A stretch of DNA of 64,000 bases from the NCBI RefSeq assembly GCF_030028105.1, contig NC_092379.1:19817309-19881308 (forward strand), read 5' to 3'. The notes beneath the pieces were generated by a model. It searched no databases, had not been told where the DNA came from, and was given only the letters and a program-made list of their open reading frames with translations. The position numbers and the translations under genes were made by a program. The DNA is from Mobula birostris (Eukaryota). Positions 51,560 through 64,000 of the stretch are shown here, piece by piece (position 1 is the stretch's first letter; each line of letters begins with the position of its first letter).

Positions 51560-53430
51560 TCTCTCTAATGGACCAAGATCATTTTGCAAATCAATGTAAC
51601 CTACTTCACTGTCAACAAGATCCCTCATTTAGTATCATTAGCAACTTGCTAATTGTACATTGTACACTCACGTTCCAAATAATTAACACAAATGAATAAC
51701 AGAGGTACCAACACTAACTACTGGTGACCACTAGTCACAGTCCTCTGGACAGAGGTTCAACCTTCAACCATTACCCTCTGCTTCCTCTCATCATTAAACA
51801 CACAGGTGATCATGATGGTCATTCAAAGGACACAGTCAACCTTACACTGTTAAAGTAGCTGAAGAACTTGGTATGAACCTTGCCTCCCAAATCTATCTCA
51901 TACCTTCCTTTTGCCCTCCTGATTTCCCTCTTAAGCCTGGTCTTAAACCTTTTACTATTTGTCAAGGGATCCATTCACAGCCAGCTGCCTAAGTGCTTTG
52001 TATAATTCTTTCTTTTTCTTTACCAGAGCCTTGATATCCTTTATCAGCCAAGGTTTCCTGAACTGGGTGTGTCTACCATTCACCCGAACAGTAACATGCT
52101 GCCCCCTGGACTCCTGATATCACCCTTTTAAATATCTCCCACTTGCCAACTATTTCTTTAAATAGAGTCACTCAGTCAAGTCCAGCTAGATTCTGCCTAA
52201 TCCCTTCAGTTGGTCCTGGTCCAGTAAAGGACATTACTATGTGGGATGATTCTATAGAAAAAATCATAGATCCTGTGGTTCACTCTGTTTTTCCATTACT
52301 AATTTAAAACTAATAGAATTGTGCTCACCAGACTCCCAACTTACACTTCAGCTACTTGGCCCATTTTTGCCTAAAAAGTGGTTCAGTATTACTCCTTCCC
52401 AAATAGTTTCTTTTATACAACGTGTGAGGGAACTGTCTTGGACACCCCACAGAAATTCTTCCCCAACCAGGCCCTTTGCACTCTGGGTGGCCCAGGTGAC
52501 ACCAGGAAATTTGATATTTCCTTTGAGCACTTCTCTACTACTCTCACAACTATGTGCAATTTCTCTACACGTCTGCTCCTCAAGTTCCCGCTGACTACTG
52601 GGGGTTCTGTAATAAAGCCCAACAAAAGTAACCATTCCTTTCTACCCAAATCCCCTATGTCCTCTCTAGCACTGCTGTTATGTCCTCCCTTATCACATTC
52701 TCTGGCCTTATCTGTTCCTCTGTCATGCCTAAAGCATCAGTAGCCTTGAACAGTGTGCTGCCCTTCTCTCAGCCATGTTTCTGTTACAGCCACAGTATCC
52801 CAGTTACTAAAAGCAATCCATGCTCCCATTTGATCCGTCTTACCTGTTAAGTGTATGGAAATAGATACAATTTAAAACAGTGATCTTATCAGCCACTTCT
52901 CTGTAAAATGGATATCCTGATGGCGGGGTGAACTCTCTTTCATCGCTGAATATAGCCCTGTATTCTCACTGACTCCACTCTCTTGTGTCCCATACCCCTG
53001 CCAATCTAGTTTAAACCCTACCTTGTAGGAAGAAACAGAGTTTTTGCTATGATATTGTTAACTCTCTGGTTCTCCTGCAAACCTGTCTATCTTGTACAGG
53101 TTATCTCTACACCAAAAGAGATTGCAATTATCCAAAATCCTGAATCCCTACTCCCTGCACCAGTTCTTTAGCCATACATTAATCTGGCCCATCTTCCTAT
53201 CACTAGACTAACCAGTACACAACGCCCTCAAGGTCTTGCGATTTAATTTATTATGTAACTCCCTATTCTCAATTTGCAGGAACTCATCTATTTTCCTATC
53301 AACGTCTTTCCCCACAAAGTGCACAATGATCTTTAGCTGTTCACCCAACCCCTCAGGATGTTTCTACAGCCGCTCAGGAACATACTTCACCCTGGCATAC
53401 AGAAAACAACACACCATCCTGGCATCTTTT
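51560..53430 (-). mobile_element. CR1 LINE fragments, highly decayed
   Basis: APE remnant VTFVGLYYRTPSSQRELEEQTCREIAHSCESSREVLKGNIKFPG. Confidence 0.6.
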
Positions 53431-53566
53431 CTGCAGACAGAGTATCTCCTGTCTTCAAAAGTTCAAAGTAAATTCATTATCAAAGTACATATATGTCACC
53501 ATATATGACCCTGAGATTCATTTTCTTGAGCAATTCACAGTAATAACAAAACACAACTCTATTAAT

Positions 53567-54424
53567 TGTTACTTACCTCATGGAGATCTTGTGACTTTCT
53601 TGTGAGAATGATGTAATGGTCTTTTGGAGGTCACCTGATGTAATTTTCCCACTGATGTGAGGTCACGTGATGACATGTTCACCACGGGTATAAAAGGAAA
53701 GACCCCTGGTGATGCAGTTAGTTTTTCCAGTTAGAATGTCAATGAGATACTCAGCTCCGCTGTGTATTTGCATTATGACGCAGTTTTGATTTTAAACGGA
53801 GTTTTATGTTCTATTGTAAGGTATAGAAGTCTGGACCGGTAGTTTGATCAAGCGCTGCCAGGTTTGTTAATGTATCTTTTCAGTAACATTGGACAGTGAA
53901 GACGGGACCCTGAAGGAGACGTTCGACGGGTTTGGAAAGGATCAACCATTATTGAATTCATTCAAGAAAGAGTGATCTGCATGAGATAGCCTCTGCTAAA
54001 AAGGAAGCGGAAAAGGCTGAGCAGGATCTATTCTATGGAGGAATGTCAGTACCTTTAAAACCATTTTATTTCCGTCATCGTGAATCCTGTAGACAAGGCA
54101 GGATCCGACTGGGAATGGCAGTGACGTCGTGTCTTCGAGGAATTCGTTACTTCATGAAAGTCTCTCCTAGTTGACTATATAAATCTCTTGGACTTTAAAA
54201 TTTACCATTTGAAGAACTGTGTTTGAATTTACCGCTTTAAGAACTGGTTTCGCATTTATCGCTTTAAGAACTGGTACTGAGTAGCGGTTTACTGAATGGC
54301 TGCATAGCTGTTTACTTCCGGTTAAGGTTTTCGGTTTTTTTTTCATTGCTTATCAGGGTTTAATAAATGCTTGTTGGTTTATAAATCTTGACTCGATATA
54401 GTCATTGTAGCCGATCACGTGACA
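53567..54424 (+). repeat. 5' LTR (858 bp)
   Basis: TG...CA ends, TATAAAA and AATAAA present. About 90-92% identical to the 3' LTR (hand estimate over the first ~290 bp). Confidence 0.93.
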
Positions 54425-54429
54425 TTAAT

Positions 54430-54447
54430 TGGGGGCTTGTCCAGGAT
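54430..54447 (+). other. Primer binding site, tRNA-Pro
   Basis: TGGGGGCTTGTCCAGGAT versus the tRNA-Pro PBS TGGGGGCTCGTCCGGGAT (2 mismatches), 5 nt after the LTR. Confidence 0.9.
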
Positions 54448-54556
54448 ATGTTCCGATTTTGAGTTTAAGTGCTTGTTTAATTATCAAACCTGTTTTGGAA
54501 AAGGGAATATACTTGCTACTTTTGTTTGATTGGGGTGTGAGTGGTATTTGGCAGCA

Positions 54557-55474
54557 ATGGATGTTGACGAGGTTATGGAAAAGCCAAACCTGGAGGTTTT
54601 AGTGAATGCGAGAAAACCTGAGGTGTCGGAGATTTCTAAGAGGTTGAACCTTAAAGGTATTACGAAGGGTACAACTAAGCCCATAATTCAGAGAAAAATC
54701 GCTGAGCATTATGTAAGTTTGGGAAAGTTTGATGAGGAGGTGTTAGGGAGGTTTCCAATGAGTACACTGGAAATGCAGTTACATCTTGAACAGATAAAGT
54801 TTGAGAAATTTAAAGCGGAAATGGCTGCAAGAGAGGCTGAAAACCCGAGGAAATTTGAGCTAGAGATGGAGAAATTAAAGATGGAAAATCGATCCTCTGG
54901 TTCTAGGAAACAGTTTGTAGCAAGTCGTGAGTTTGTTTTGGCTCCTCCATTTAATGAGACAGAAGTGGACAAATATTTCCAGCATTTCGAAATTGTTGCT
55001 CTGAGTTTAGAGTGGCCGAAAGAGAAATGGCCAGTAATGTTACAAAGTGCAATTAGAGGAAAGGCACAAGTTTATACTGCTCTAAATGCTGAGCAAGCAC
55101 TTAATTATGATACTGTGAAGCAGCACATATTAAAGGCGTATGAGTTAGTTCCAGAAGAGTATAGAGAAAGATTCAGAAATTTGAAGAAACCAGTGGAAAA
55201 AACATATGTGGAATTTGCCTACGAGAAATGTGTGTATTTTGAGAGATGGGTTTCCTCTAAATATGTGAATGGGGAGTATAATAAATTAAAAGAGTTGATT
55301 TTGCAGGAGGAATTTAAAAGAAGCATTCCTGTTGAAGTGAGGACATACTTAAATGAAAGGGACACTGCTACATTGCAGGAGATTGATAAATTGGCTGATG
55401 AGTATACTTTAATTCATAAGAGTAAATTTTCACCAGGTAGAACATTTAAAAGGAAAAATAGGACAGAGAGTTGA
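54557..55474 (+). pseudogene. gag: gag (capsid, SCAN-related C-terminal domain); frameshifted before the zinc knuckle
   Basis: PPFNETEVDKYFQHFE...LEWPKEKW...ILKAYELVPEEYRERFR...LKELILQEEFKRSIP. Confidence 0.88.
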
Positions 55475-56349
55475 GTAATCCAGAAATTAAATCTGAAATT
55501 AGTGAGAAAGGTAAGGATGAAGGGAGACATGTGAAGGAAAGACATTTTCGTATTATTTGTAATTATTGTAGGAAACCTGGTCATGTAATAGCTAACTGTT
55601 TTCAATTGAAAAAGAAAGAGAAGGAAACAGTCTCAGACGCTTGTGTGCAACGTATTGAAAAACCTGTAAAGCCACAGGGTTTGGAAAATACAAATGAGGT
55701 TTTGTTAGAGTCTGACCGAGTTAAAAGGGGATATGAACATTTTATAATTGAAGGATTTGTATCCTTGAAAGAGGGATCCACTCTTGTACCAATAAAAATA
55801 CTTAGAGATACTGGAGCTTCTCGATCACTAATATTAGACAGTGATCTAAAGTTTAGTGATGTGTCTGATATTCGTGAGGTAAATTATATAAGAGGAGTTG
55901 GGAGTGCCCTTATGCTGGTACATTTACATAGAGTTAACTTAAGGTCAGGGTTAGTTACAGGGCCTGTTAAAGTAGGACTACAACCCAGTTTGCCTGTGAG
56001 TGATGTTGCTCTGTTGTTAGGGAATGACTTAGCTAATAGACAAGTTTTTCCTGATGTACATTTGACAAGAAAGCTTATTTCTGAGGAACCACAGAGGGAT
56101 TCTAACACGGATACATCCTGTGTTGTAACCCGAGCTATGGCTAAGAAGACTGAGGTACAGGATGAGGTTGTTACCCATGACAGTTCAACTTGGGAGGAAA
56201 ATGTTGAGGATGTGTCAGAAACTTTCTTACCTTCATTATTTGATCAAGGTTCTTATGATAAGTCTGACCATGAAGATTTGTCTTTATCTCGGAAGAAGAT
56301 GATAGTGGAGCAGGGTAGAGATCCTGAGATAGTTAAATTAAAGGAATAA
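55471..56349 (+). pseudogene. Zinc knuckle + aspartic protease region
   Basis: CNYCRKPGHVIANC (CX2CX4HX4C, 55558-55599), ILRDTGA (DTG at 55807-55815) and LLLGNDL. Confidence 0.88.
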
Positions 56350-56376
56350 GCTCTTCCAGATAGTGAAATTGAGAAG

Positions 56377-57535
56377 GTGCCAGTAGGATATTATTTTGAA
56401 AAGGGAGTACTAATGAGGAAGTGGAGATCACCTTCAATTCCTGCAAGTGAAGAATGGGAAGTTAATCACCAGGTAATAGTTCCTAAAGTTTATCAAAATG
56501 AGATTTTAACTATGGCTCATAGTATTCCTTTGGGTGGCCATCTAAGGGTAAAGAAAACTATGAACAAGGTTTCTAAACATTTTTACTGGCCTAGTTTAAG
56601 AAAAGATGTAGTGACATTTTGTAGAACGTGTCATATGTGTCAAGTTACTCCAGTGGCCCCAGTGCAACCAATTCCAGCATTTGGTGAGCCATTCTCAAAA
56701 ATTATTGTACACTGGGTAGGTCCTTTGCAAAAACTAAAACTGAACATCAATATTTGTTAACTATTATGTGCACAGCGTCTAGGTTTCCAGAGGCAATACC
56801 TCTAAGGAATATAAGAGCCAAAACTTTGACAAAGGCTCTTATAAAATTCTTTACTTGTTTTGGGTTGCCTAAGGAAATACAATCAGATCAAGGTAGTAAT
56901 TTTATGTCTGGATTGTTTCAGCAGATAGTTTATAAACTGGGAGCAAAACAGATTACCTCATCTGCACATCATCCAGAATCACAAGGAGCCTTGGAGGGAT
57001 TTCATTCTAGCCTTAAAAATATGATTAGGATGTATTGTGTGGAAAATGAAAAGGTATGGGATGAAGGCATACATTTACTACTTTTTGCAGTACGAGAGGC
57101 AGTGCAGGAATCATTAGGTTTTAGTCCTTTTGAACTCGTGTTTGGGCATAGAGTTCAAGTACCTTTGGCCTTGTTGAAAGAACAGTGGATTAATAAAGAG
57201 GTACACACTAATTTGCTGGATTATGTTTTAAAATTTAAAGAAAGATTACATAAAGCTTGTAGCTTGGCCAAAGAAAATTTAAAAGCAGCTCAAGAAAAGA
57301 TGAAGACTTGATATGATAAGGAAGCTACAATGAGGTAATTTAAGCCTGGAGATATAGTGTAGGTTCTTTTCCCGGTGCAAACAAACCCATTACAAGCTAA
57401 ATTTCATGGATCTTATGAGATTAAATCAAAAGTAAATTATGTGGATTACGTGATAAAAACTCCAGATCTAAGAAAGCCAACATAGCTGTCTCATATAAAT
57501 AAGATAAAACCGTATTATGAGAAACAAAATGTTAC
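56377..57535 (+). pseudogene. Integrase (HHCC + DDE + C-terminal domain), disrupted
   Basis: AHSIPLGGH...CRTCHMC; IVHWVGPL (first catalytic D changed to H); SRFPEAIPLR; IQSDQGSNF; HHPESQGALEG. Frameshift near 56755 and several stops after 57311. Confidence 0.88.
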
Positions 57536-57592
57536 TACAACTGTTAAGGAAAATGGTTAAGGAAATAAATCAAACTCCAATTTAGCCACAAA

Positions 57593-57679
57593 AGTTTAAT
57601 GTTACAGGAGTACAATATCTTGATCACTCATATTAAAGGTAAAGATAATGTGATTGCTGATTGTCCATCTAGATGTTAA
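57593..57679 (+). pseudogene. RNase H C-terminal remnant
   Basis: SLMLQEYNILITHIKGKDNVIADCPSRC* matches the terminal Ty3/Gypsy RNase H motif. Confidence 0.8.
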
Positions 57680-57871
57680 ATGTACAATGAATTTGTTTTG
57701 GAGTGGTATTTTAACATTTGTAACACTCCTACTGTATATTAGTTTGTTAAGTGCTGAAAGATAATACTGTGTATATTGTGTATGTTGTAAATTTTATACC
57801 TTTGTTTGTTTTTGTAAATTGTTAATTGTTAAAATTTTGTTCCTTAAGAGACAATTTTTTTTGGAGGGAGG

Positions 57872-58696
57872 TGTTACATACCTCATGGAGATCTTGTGAC
57901 TTTCTTATGAGAATAATGTAATGGTCTTTTGGAGGGCACCTGATGTAATTTCCCTGCCGATGTGAGGTCATGTGATGTTTCACCACGGGTATAAAAGGGA
58001 AGGCCCCTAGTGACGCAGTTAGTTTTTCCAGTTAGAACGTCAATGAGATACTCCGCTCCGCTGTGTATTTGCATTATGATGCAGTTTTGATTTTAAACAG
58101 AGTTTTATGTTCTGTTGTAAGGTACAGAAGTCTGGACTGGCAGTTTGATCAATCACTGCCAGGTTTGTTAATGTATCTTTTCAGTAACATTGGACAGTGA
58201 AGACGGGACCCTGAAGGAGATGTTCGACGGGTTTGGAAAGGATCGACCATTATTGAATTCGTTCAAGAAAGAATGATCCGCATGAGATAGACTCTGCTAA
58301 AAAGGAAGCAAAAAAGGTTGTGCAGGATCTATTCTACGGAGGAAGGTCTGTGCCTTTAAAACCATTTTATTTCCGTCGTCGTGATTCCTGTGGACCAGGC
58401 AGGATCCGACTGGGAGTGGCAGTGACATCGTGTCTTCGTGGAATTCGTTACTTCATGAAAGTCTCTCCTAACTGACTAAATAAATCTCTTGGACTTTAAA
58501 ATTTACCATTCGAAGAACTGTGTTTGAATTTATCGCTTTAAGAACTGGTACTGAGTAGCGGTTTACTGAATGGCAGCATAGCCATTTACTTCCAGTTAGG
58601 GTTTTCGTTTTTTTTCATTGTTTATCAGGGTTTAATAAATGCTTGTCAGTTTATAAATCTTGACTCGATATAGTCATTGTTGCCGATCACGTGACA
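57872..58696 (+). repeat. 3' LTR (825 bp), preceded by the polypurine tract GGAGGGAGG (57863-57871)
   Basis: Direct repeat of 53567-54424. Confidence 0.93.
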
Positions 58697-58839
58697 CAAT
58701 GGAAAAAAACGCACACAAGACAGACAAACAACTAACATACAAAAGACAACAAACCGTGCAAGCACAAAAAAAACCAAACAAAATAAATAATAATATAAAG
58801 AACATGTGTCTCTCAGAGTGAGGCCATAGGATGCAGGAA

Positions 58840-60170
58840 CAGTTCAGTGTCCTACTCCTAATCCATATATCAAGCAATCAGAACCTCCACCAATACCACT
58901 CTCCTGAGTCCTTCCTGCACTACATCCACTCTCCAGTGCCCCACCCACACTTCACCCACCATCCAGTCCTAAAGTGCACACCACACAGACATTGACACAA
59001 TCACAATCACCATTAAGATGGTCATCCCATCAATATCCCACCTTTTATTCCAGCCGAGCATGACCCTCTCTACCCATTTGAGTGTCAGAAAGCAGTCTTT
59101 CAGAGCCCAAAGCCTGTCCCAGTGACACACACAGAATACAGTCATAACCAATCTAGTGTCAATTTCACCATTAAACCAGATTCACATCCTTCTCCACATG
59201 CTGAAAGGATTCCATTACATTCTGTTTTTCTGGGTCCTCTGTATTTGATCCGATGGTTCCTTCATATCATTGTTTACAAGGTGACCTTCTTTTCTCTAAA
59301 ACATGGCTTCTCCTCCACCATAGTTGGCCAAACTCTCAACCATGTCTTTTCCACTTACAGCACTCCAGCTCTCACTCCATTATCACCTTCCACTCATCAG
59401 CAAGTCCACAAATGCCCACAATTCATCAATCATTCTCTGTCATTTCCACCACTTCCCAGGTCATATCATAGACAAATCTTCCCTCCCCTTCCATGAAACA
59501 ATCGACCAAGATTATTTCCTCCACAGCTGCTCAATTCACTCTTCTGCATAACACTTGCTGTCCTCACAACCTTTGGAGATCAAACAACTGCATTTTTAAC
59601 TTGTTCCATCCCAGCTCCCAGAGATATAAATGCTCCTTTTAGCTGAGACAGTGCTCCATTTGCACATTTGTGAAGTATTGTAGTTGATCCCCTGCGCATG
59701 ATGTGGATTCCTCTACACTGGAAAACCACAAACCCAGTGACTGATTTCAAGAATTCTTCATTCTGACAGATTCCACTTTGTTCTCACGTGAATTCAGTGC
59801 CCCACTCTGATCATCCTCACTTTGACAACTCAAGGTGAAGCTTGAGGAACGACATCCTATCTCCCAATTAAGCACATTACAGACCCTGGGTCTGAGAGAT
59901 GACATCACAATCTCAGATTACCAGCCATTCCAGTTTGCAACAGAACTGTCCAGCTCTGATGTAGAACATCCACCAAAAACCCATTTTTTTTATCTCCACA
60001 GATGCAGTCCGACCTACCCTTTTCACTCCTATCACCCTTTTCTATGCCCGACCATGCTCTGGACATTGGCTATTTCACACACCACTCCCATCATGTGCTC
60101 TCTGACCTGCCCATCCAGCTCAGATTGCTCATACACGCTCTGAGCCTGCACCATATTCGTGTCTCCTGTT
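58840..60170 (+). mobile_element. Old Penelope-like fragment
   Basis: Degenerate similarity to 23100-23810 (fragments LYTGK and KLEERHPISQLSTL). Confidence 0.5.
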
Positions 60171-60539
60171 CACCCTTATGTTGAGTGATTCCTTTTTTCC
60201 TGCTCGTAATCGACGGAGTCTCTGTTGGAGGGAACAGTTTGTTTTTGATGGACTGTACGGTGTAGACCATGATGTCTCTTTGGGGGCTTTGCTTTTGTTT
60301 GTATGGTGGGTGGTGAGAATGCTGATGCTTTATGCATCAGTGGGGTGAGGGAGCGGGGATGGTTGATGTTGCATGAGGGGGGCAGGAGGGCTTTGGGGTT
60401 CTTATGTTTTTTTCTGTCATTCGTTGTTTGGGTGGGTTCTTCTGCAGAGTGTACATTCTCTAATATAAAATGGAACCGTTTTTGGTCTGACACACGAGGG
60501 AACCAACGAGTTTCACAGCCCTGCCTCTCCCCTTACCCT

Positions 60540-61200
60540 GCAATGTGTAGTTCCGTTGGCCGTTGAGCCCAGCCTCAGGCTCCTCCACTCACGGACTGCG
60601 GACTACCGGACACGAAAGCTGGGCGCTGGCGCCTCCTTTCTCCCGCCGCTCGCGGTTGCGCTGTCGGAGGGATGCGCGCGCTCGACTCCTCGTCACGTGC
60701 GCTCACCCGTCAACCAATCGGAGCCTCATCTCGCGCTCGACGCCTCGTCACGTGCGCTCACCCGTCAACCAATCGGAGCCTCATTTTCTCGCCTTCCACC
60801 CCCCCCACCCCGCGGACCGGAGCCTTTGCCGCGCTCTCGCCCCTCGCCAGTCGCGCGGGCACCGGGAGACTAATCAGCGCTCAAAGCCTCTGACAAGTGC
60901 GAGTCGGAGGAGGCCGTATGTCACCTTCTGGCCGTCCCTCCAGTCAGAGCTTTTACCGTATCTCGTGTCCACAACCCCACTCTCTCCCCGAATCACCTCC
61001 TACCGGCTGCCCCGACCTCCGGTGAGAACCTCGACCAGCCCACACTCGGGCGCCGACCATTGAGAATCAAATTCGCGGCTCGAACAGCTCCCGACCCCCC
61101 TCCCATCACGTGACGGCCGATCCTCCAATCACAGCTTGTCAATCTTCCCGCCCGCGCTTCGGCTGTTGGGTTTTGAACGCAAAATCCCGCCCCAGGTCAT
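60540..61200. promoter_or_regulatory. CpG island / TATA-less promoter with three E-box + CCAAT modules
   Basis: Very CpG-dense. CACGTG/CCAAT pairs at 60694/60714, 60749/60769 and 61107/61125; 55-bp tandem duplication at 60677-60784; GC boxes. Splice-donor-like sites on both strands (minus CAGG|GTAAGG at 60537; plus CCG|GTGAGA at 61021). Confidence 0.7.
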
Positions 61201-61339
61201 AGAAAAGATCGGTCGGTATTTGGTTGGTGCTGCAGGGTCTGCGCTGACAGGACAGGCAGTGTCAGTAGTTCTGATATCCACAGCTTTTCCAGTTTATCTA
61301 CCGAAACAACTGCAATAATTCCTCAATGTAGTTGATAAA

Positions 61340-64000
61340 GTCGTCATGAGTAGCTGTGTATATCCCCCAACCCACTCCTCTGCCAACGCAGGCCATCGGT
61401 GACTTTCAGACTGGCAACTTTAACCATGCCAACCGAAAAACCGCCCTGCCTGAACTCTACCAGCATGTTGATTTTGCTCCCAGAGGTGACAGTACACTTG
61501 ACCTGGTTTATACCGTTACATGCTCAAGGAGATCTGTTTTTCTTTGTGAGAATGCTGTAATGGTCTTTTGGAGGTCACCTGATGTGATTTTCCCGCCGAT
61601 GTGAGGTCACGTGATGACATTGTGCCCCGTGACTAAGGGTCGACTCAGGTGACGCAGTAGGAGTTTGAGTTTGTAGATTTCCAGGTAGAATGTGATGTGC
61701 CTCTGTTTCTGTTGCGTGTTTGTTTTTGTGACGCAGTTTCATTTTTAAAACGGCAGGTGTGCTCTCTTACAAGATTTGTATTATTGAACTGGGAATTTGT
61801 GGCTGGAAGTGCCAATTTACTCAATTCCGACAGTTTTGAAGGGAGAGTGAAGAATTCGGTGAGGTGAAGGATCGAAAGAAGTCGGCATCGGTTTGGGCAG
61901 TTTAATAAAGGATCGACCTTATTGAGTCTTTGTTGAAGAGAAGTTGCATTGAGATAACTCTTGCAATAGCGCAATGAGTTCATGCACAAAGGCTCTCTCT
62001 CTCTCTAAACAATTTAAGGTCAGTTGATTTAAACTGCTTTCGGCATCGGGAATCCTGTGGACAGAACCGGCAGTAAAGGTGCGTCGGTGAAGAAATCGTT
62101 CTCCAGAGAAGTCTCTCCCAACTGAATGTGTAAAACTGTTGGACTTTTGAAGTTATGCCTTTAAGAACTGTATCTGACTGTGTCACTTTAAGAACTGGTT
62201 CCGTATTTAACTCTTTAAGAGCCAGAGCCGAGTGGAGTTGATGAACGGCTGCCTACCTGTTTAACCTCCGGTCAAAGTTTTCCTTTGTTTTTTTTTCCTT
62301 ATCGCTTATACGTGTTTAATAAATGTTTGGTTGTTTTTGTAAACCCTGTCTCGATTAATATTCATTGTTGCCGGTTAAGTAACAGTACTAACATACGAGG
62401 TGCCTATAAAGCAGTGCCTCCACTCCACATTGACTCTCAGACTACTTATCTGTAATGCTAATTGCAGCATACAAATGGGTCAGCCAGTTCTAAAGATGGT
62501 GAAAACCTGGTCCACAGCTGCAATCTGCCTATGGTAACCATGTTAACATCGAGGAATATGTGGATTTTGTGATCATCTACACAGAGAAGTGTACTGAGGA
62601 TGTTACCATCATGAAACACATCCAGCTGAGGGTAAATCAGAAGCCATGGCTTACTGTAGAGGTCCATGAACGGTGGAGGGATCGTGATGCTCCCTTTAGA
62701 TCGGGGGACGTGACAGCTGTCAGGGAACTAAGAACTGTGCTTTTCCGCTCCAACAGGAATATGAAATGGGAACATTCTCAGAGAATTTACAGTCACTTCT
62801 GCAATGCCAGAGATGAGAGGCACTTGTGGCAAGAAACTCAGAGGAGTACAGACTATAAGTCTACCCTGCGCGTCAGAGACCAAGATGCTTCACTCTCTGA
62901 GAGGATTAATGCCTCCCATGCCTAGTTTGATGCACAGAACAAAGCGCTGCCTAAATGATTATCATCCGGTGGCATTAACATCAACCATTATGAAGTGCTT
63001 TGAGCAACTGGTCATGGAGCACATTAAAGTTTTTCTCCCGGCTGCATTGGACCCTTTCAAGTTTGATTAATGCTTAAATCGATCCACTGACGATGCAATA
63101 GCCTCTGTCCTCCACTATGTTCTGTCCCACCTGGAAAATGGGGTCTCGTTTGCCAAACTACTGTTTATTGACCAATTTGGCATTCAACACCATCATAAAC
63201 CAGAAACTGGTGGGGAAACTGTCCTCGCTTGGTTTCAACACCCCCTCGGCAAGTGGATACTGGACTTCTTAGCAGTAAGGCCGCAGTCAGTCCGTGTGGG
63301 CAGCAACATCTCTAGTTCCATTCCGCCAAGCACTGGCGCTACTCAAGGCTGTGTGCTCAGCCCACTGCTGATGCAGGACTGTGTCACAAGATCCAGTTCA
63401 CCCAGGCCATCATTTGTGGATGATACACCAGTGGTTGGTCTCATCAAAAATGATGACAAGATGGAGTATAGAGAGGAAGTGGAGCGGCTGGTGGATTGGT
63501 GCGAGAAGAACTATCTAAGCCTGAACGTGGAGAAGACAAAAGAAATCGTTGTGGACTTCAGGACAAACCACCCCCTCCCGAATACATGGCTCCTCCGTAG
63601 AGAGAGTTAAGTGCACCAAGTTCCTGGAAGTTCACATCATGGATGACCTCACCTGGTCCCTTAATATCACTTCCCTGAACAAGAATGCACAGCAGTGCCT
63701 CTAAAGAAGTTTATTTCGTTTGACTTCTTAGGAAGTTCATTTCCTAAGAAGATTGAAGCAACCACGCTTGCCCACATCTTAACTGATTTTACTGGAGCGT
63801 CATTGAGAACATCCTGACAAGTTGCATCTCCATCTGGTATGGGAGTAGTCGATCATTGGACAGGAATTCTCTACAAAAGGCTCTGTGTGAATGGCTGAGA
63901 GGATCTCCCAACTATTTATCAGAAGGGTTGCATACGCAGAGCCCTTAGTATTATTAAGGACCCCACTCATCCATTCAGCATCTTCCTTGACTTTCTACCA
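61340..64000 (+). mobile_element. Rex1/Babar-like LINE (APE-RT), decayed, interrupted by a solo LTR
   Basis: GNFNHANRKTALPELYQHVDFAPRGDSTLDLVYT|[41 protein letters not shown] and FVDDTPVVGLI. Confidence 0.85.
61514..62384 (+). mobile_element. Solo LTR related to the 53567-58696 element
   Basis: (C)GTTACA...GTAACA, TSD ATAC/GTAC. Shares gtaatggtcttttggaggtcacctgatgt...gatgtgaggtcacgtgatgac and tttaagaactg blocks with the Gmr1-like LTRs. Confidence 0.85.

Larger units (their letters stand above)
53567..58696 (+). mobile_element. Gmr1-like Gypsy LTR retrotransposon (5.13 kb), RT deleted, inserted in a Rex1 3' UTR
   Basis: Paired LTRs TGTTAC...GTGACA, TSD TAAT/CAAT, tRNA-Pro PBS, PPT, and gag-PR-IN followed by an RNase H C-terminal remnant. 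Confidence 0.93.

Overview
Eukaryotic genomic DNA from a cartilaginous fish, probably a ray or skate (inferred from the Ig cluster organisation and the CR1/Rex1/Penelope/Deu-SINE repeat set). The left ~9 kb carries one minus-strand immunoglobulin heavy-chain cluster of the IgW (IgX) type: leader (8977-9022), V (8565-8868), J (8117-8164), CH1 (2250-2549), CH2 (1085-1384) and secretory-tail sequence, running off the left edge. The V is followed directly by ~8 D-like bases and a 12-bp-spacer RSS that faces the 23-bp-spacer RSS of J, and no free D lies between them. This is the pattern of a partly germline-joined VD(D)-J gene. The Cys-rich short-form tail exon appears inactivated. The other ~55 kb is mostly nested decayed transposons: CR1, RTE, Rex1 and Penelope retroelements, a Tc1-like element, a Chapaev3-like DNA transposon with TIRs and TTA TSDs, several solo LTRs, and a 5.1-kb Gmr1-like LTR retrotransposon that has lost its RT. 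An orphan CpG-island promoter with repeated E-box/CCAAT modules lies at ~60.5-61.2 kb. Ig exon, RSS, LTR and TIR coordinates were read base by base. LINE boundaries are approximate and family names come from motif recognition, not database searches.
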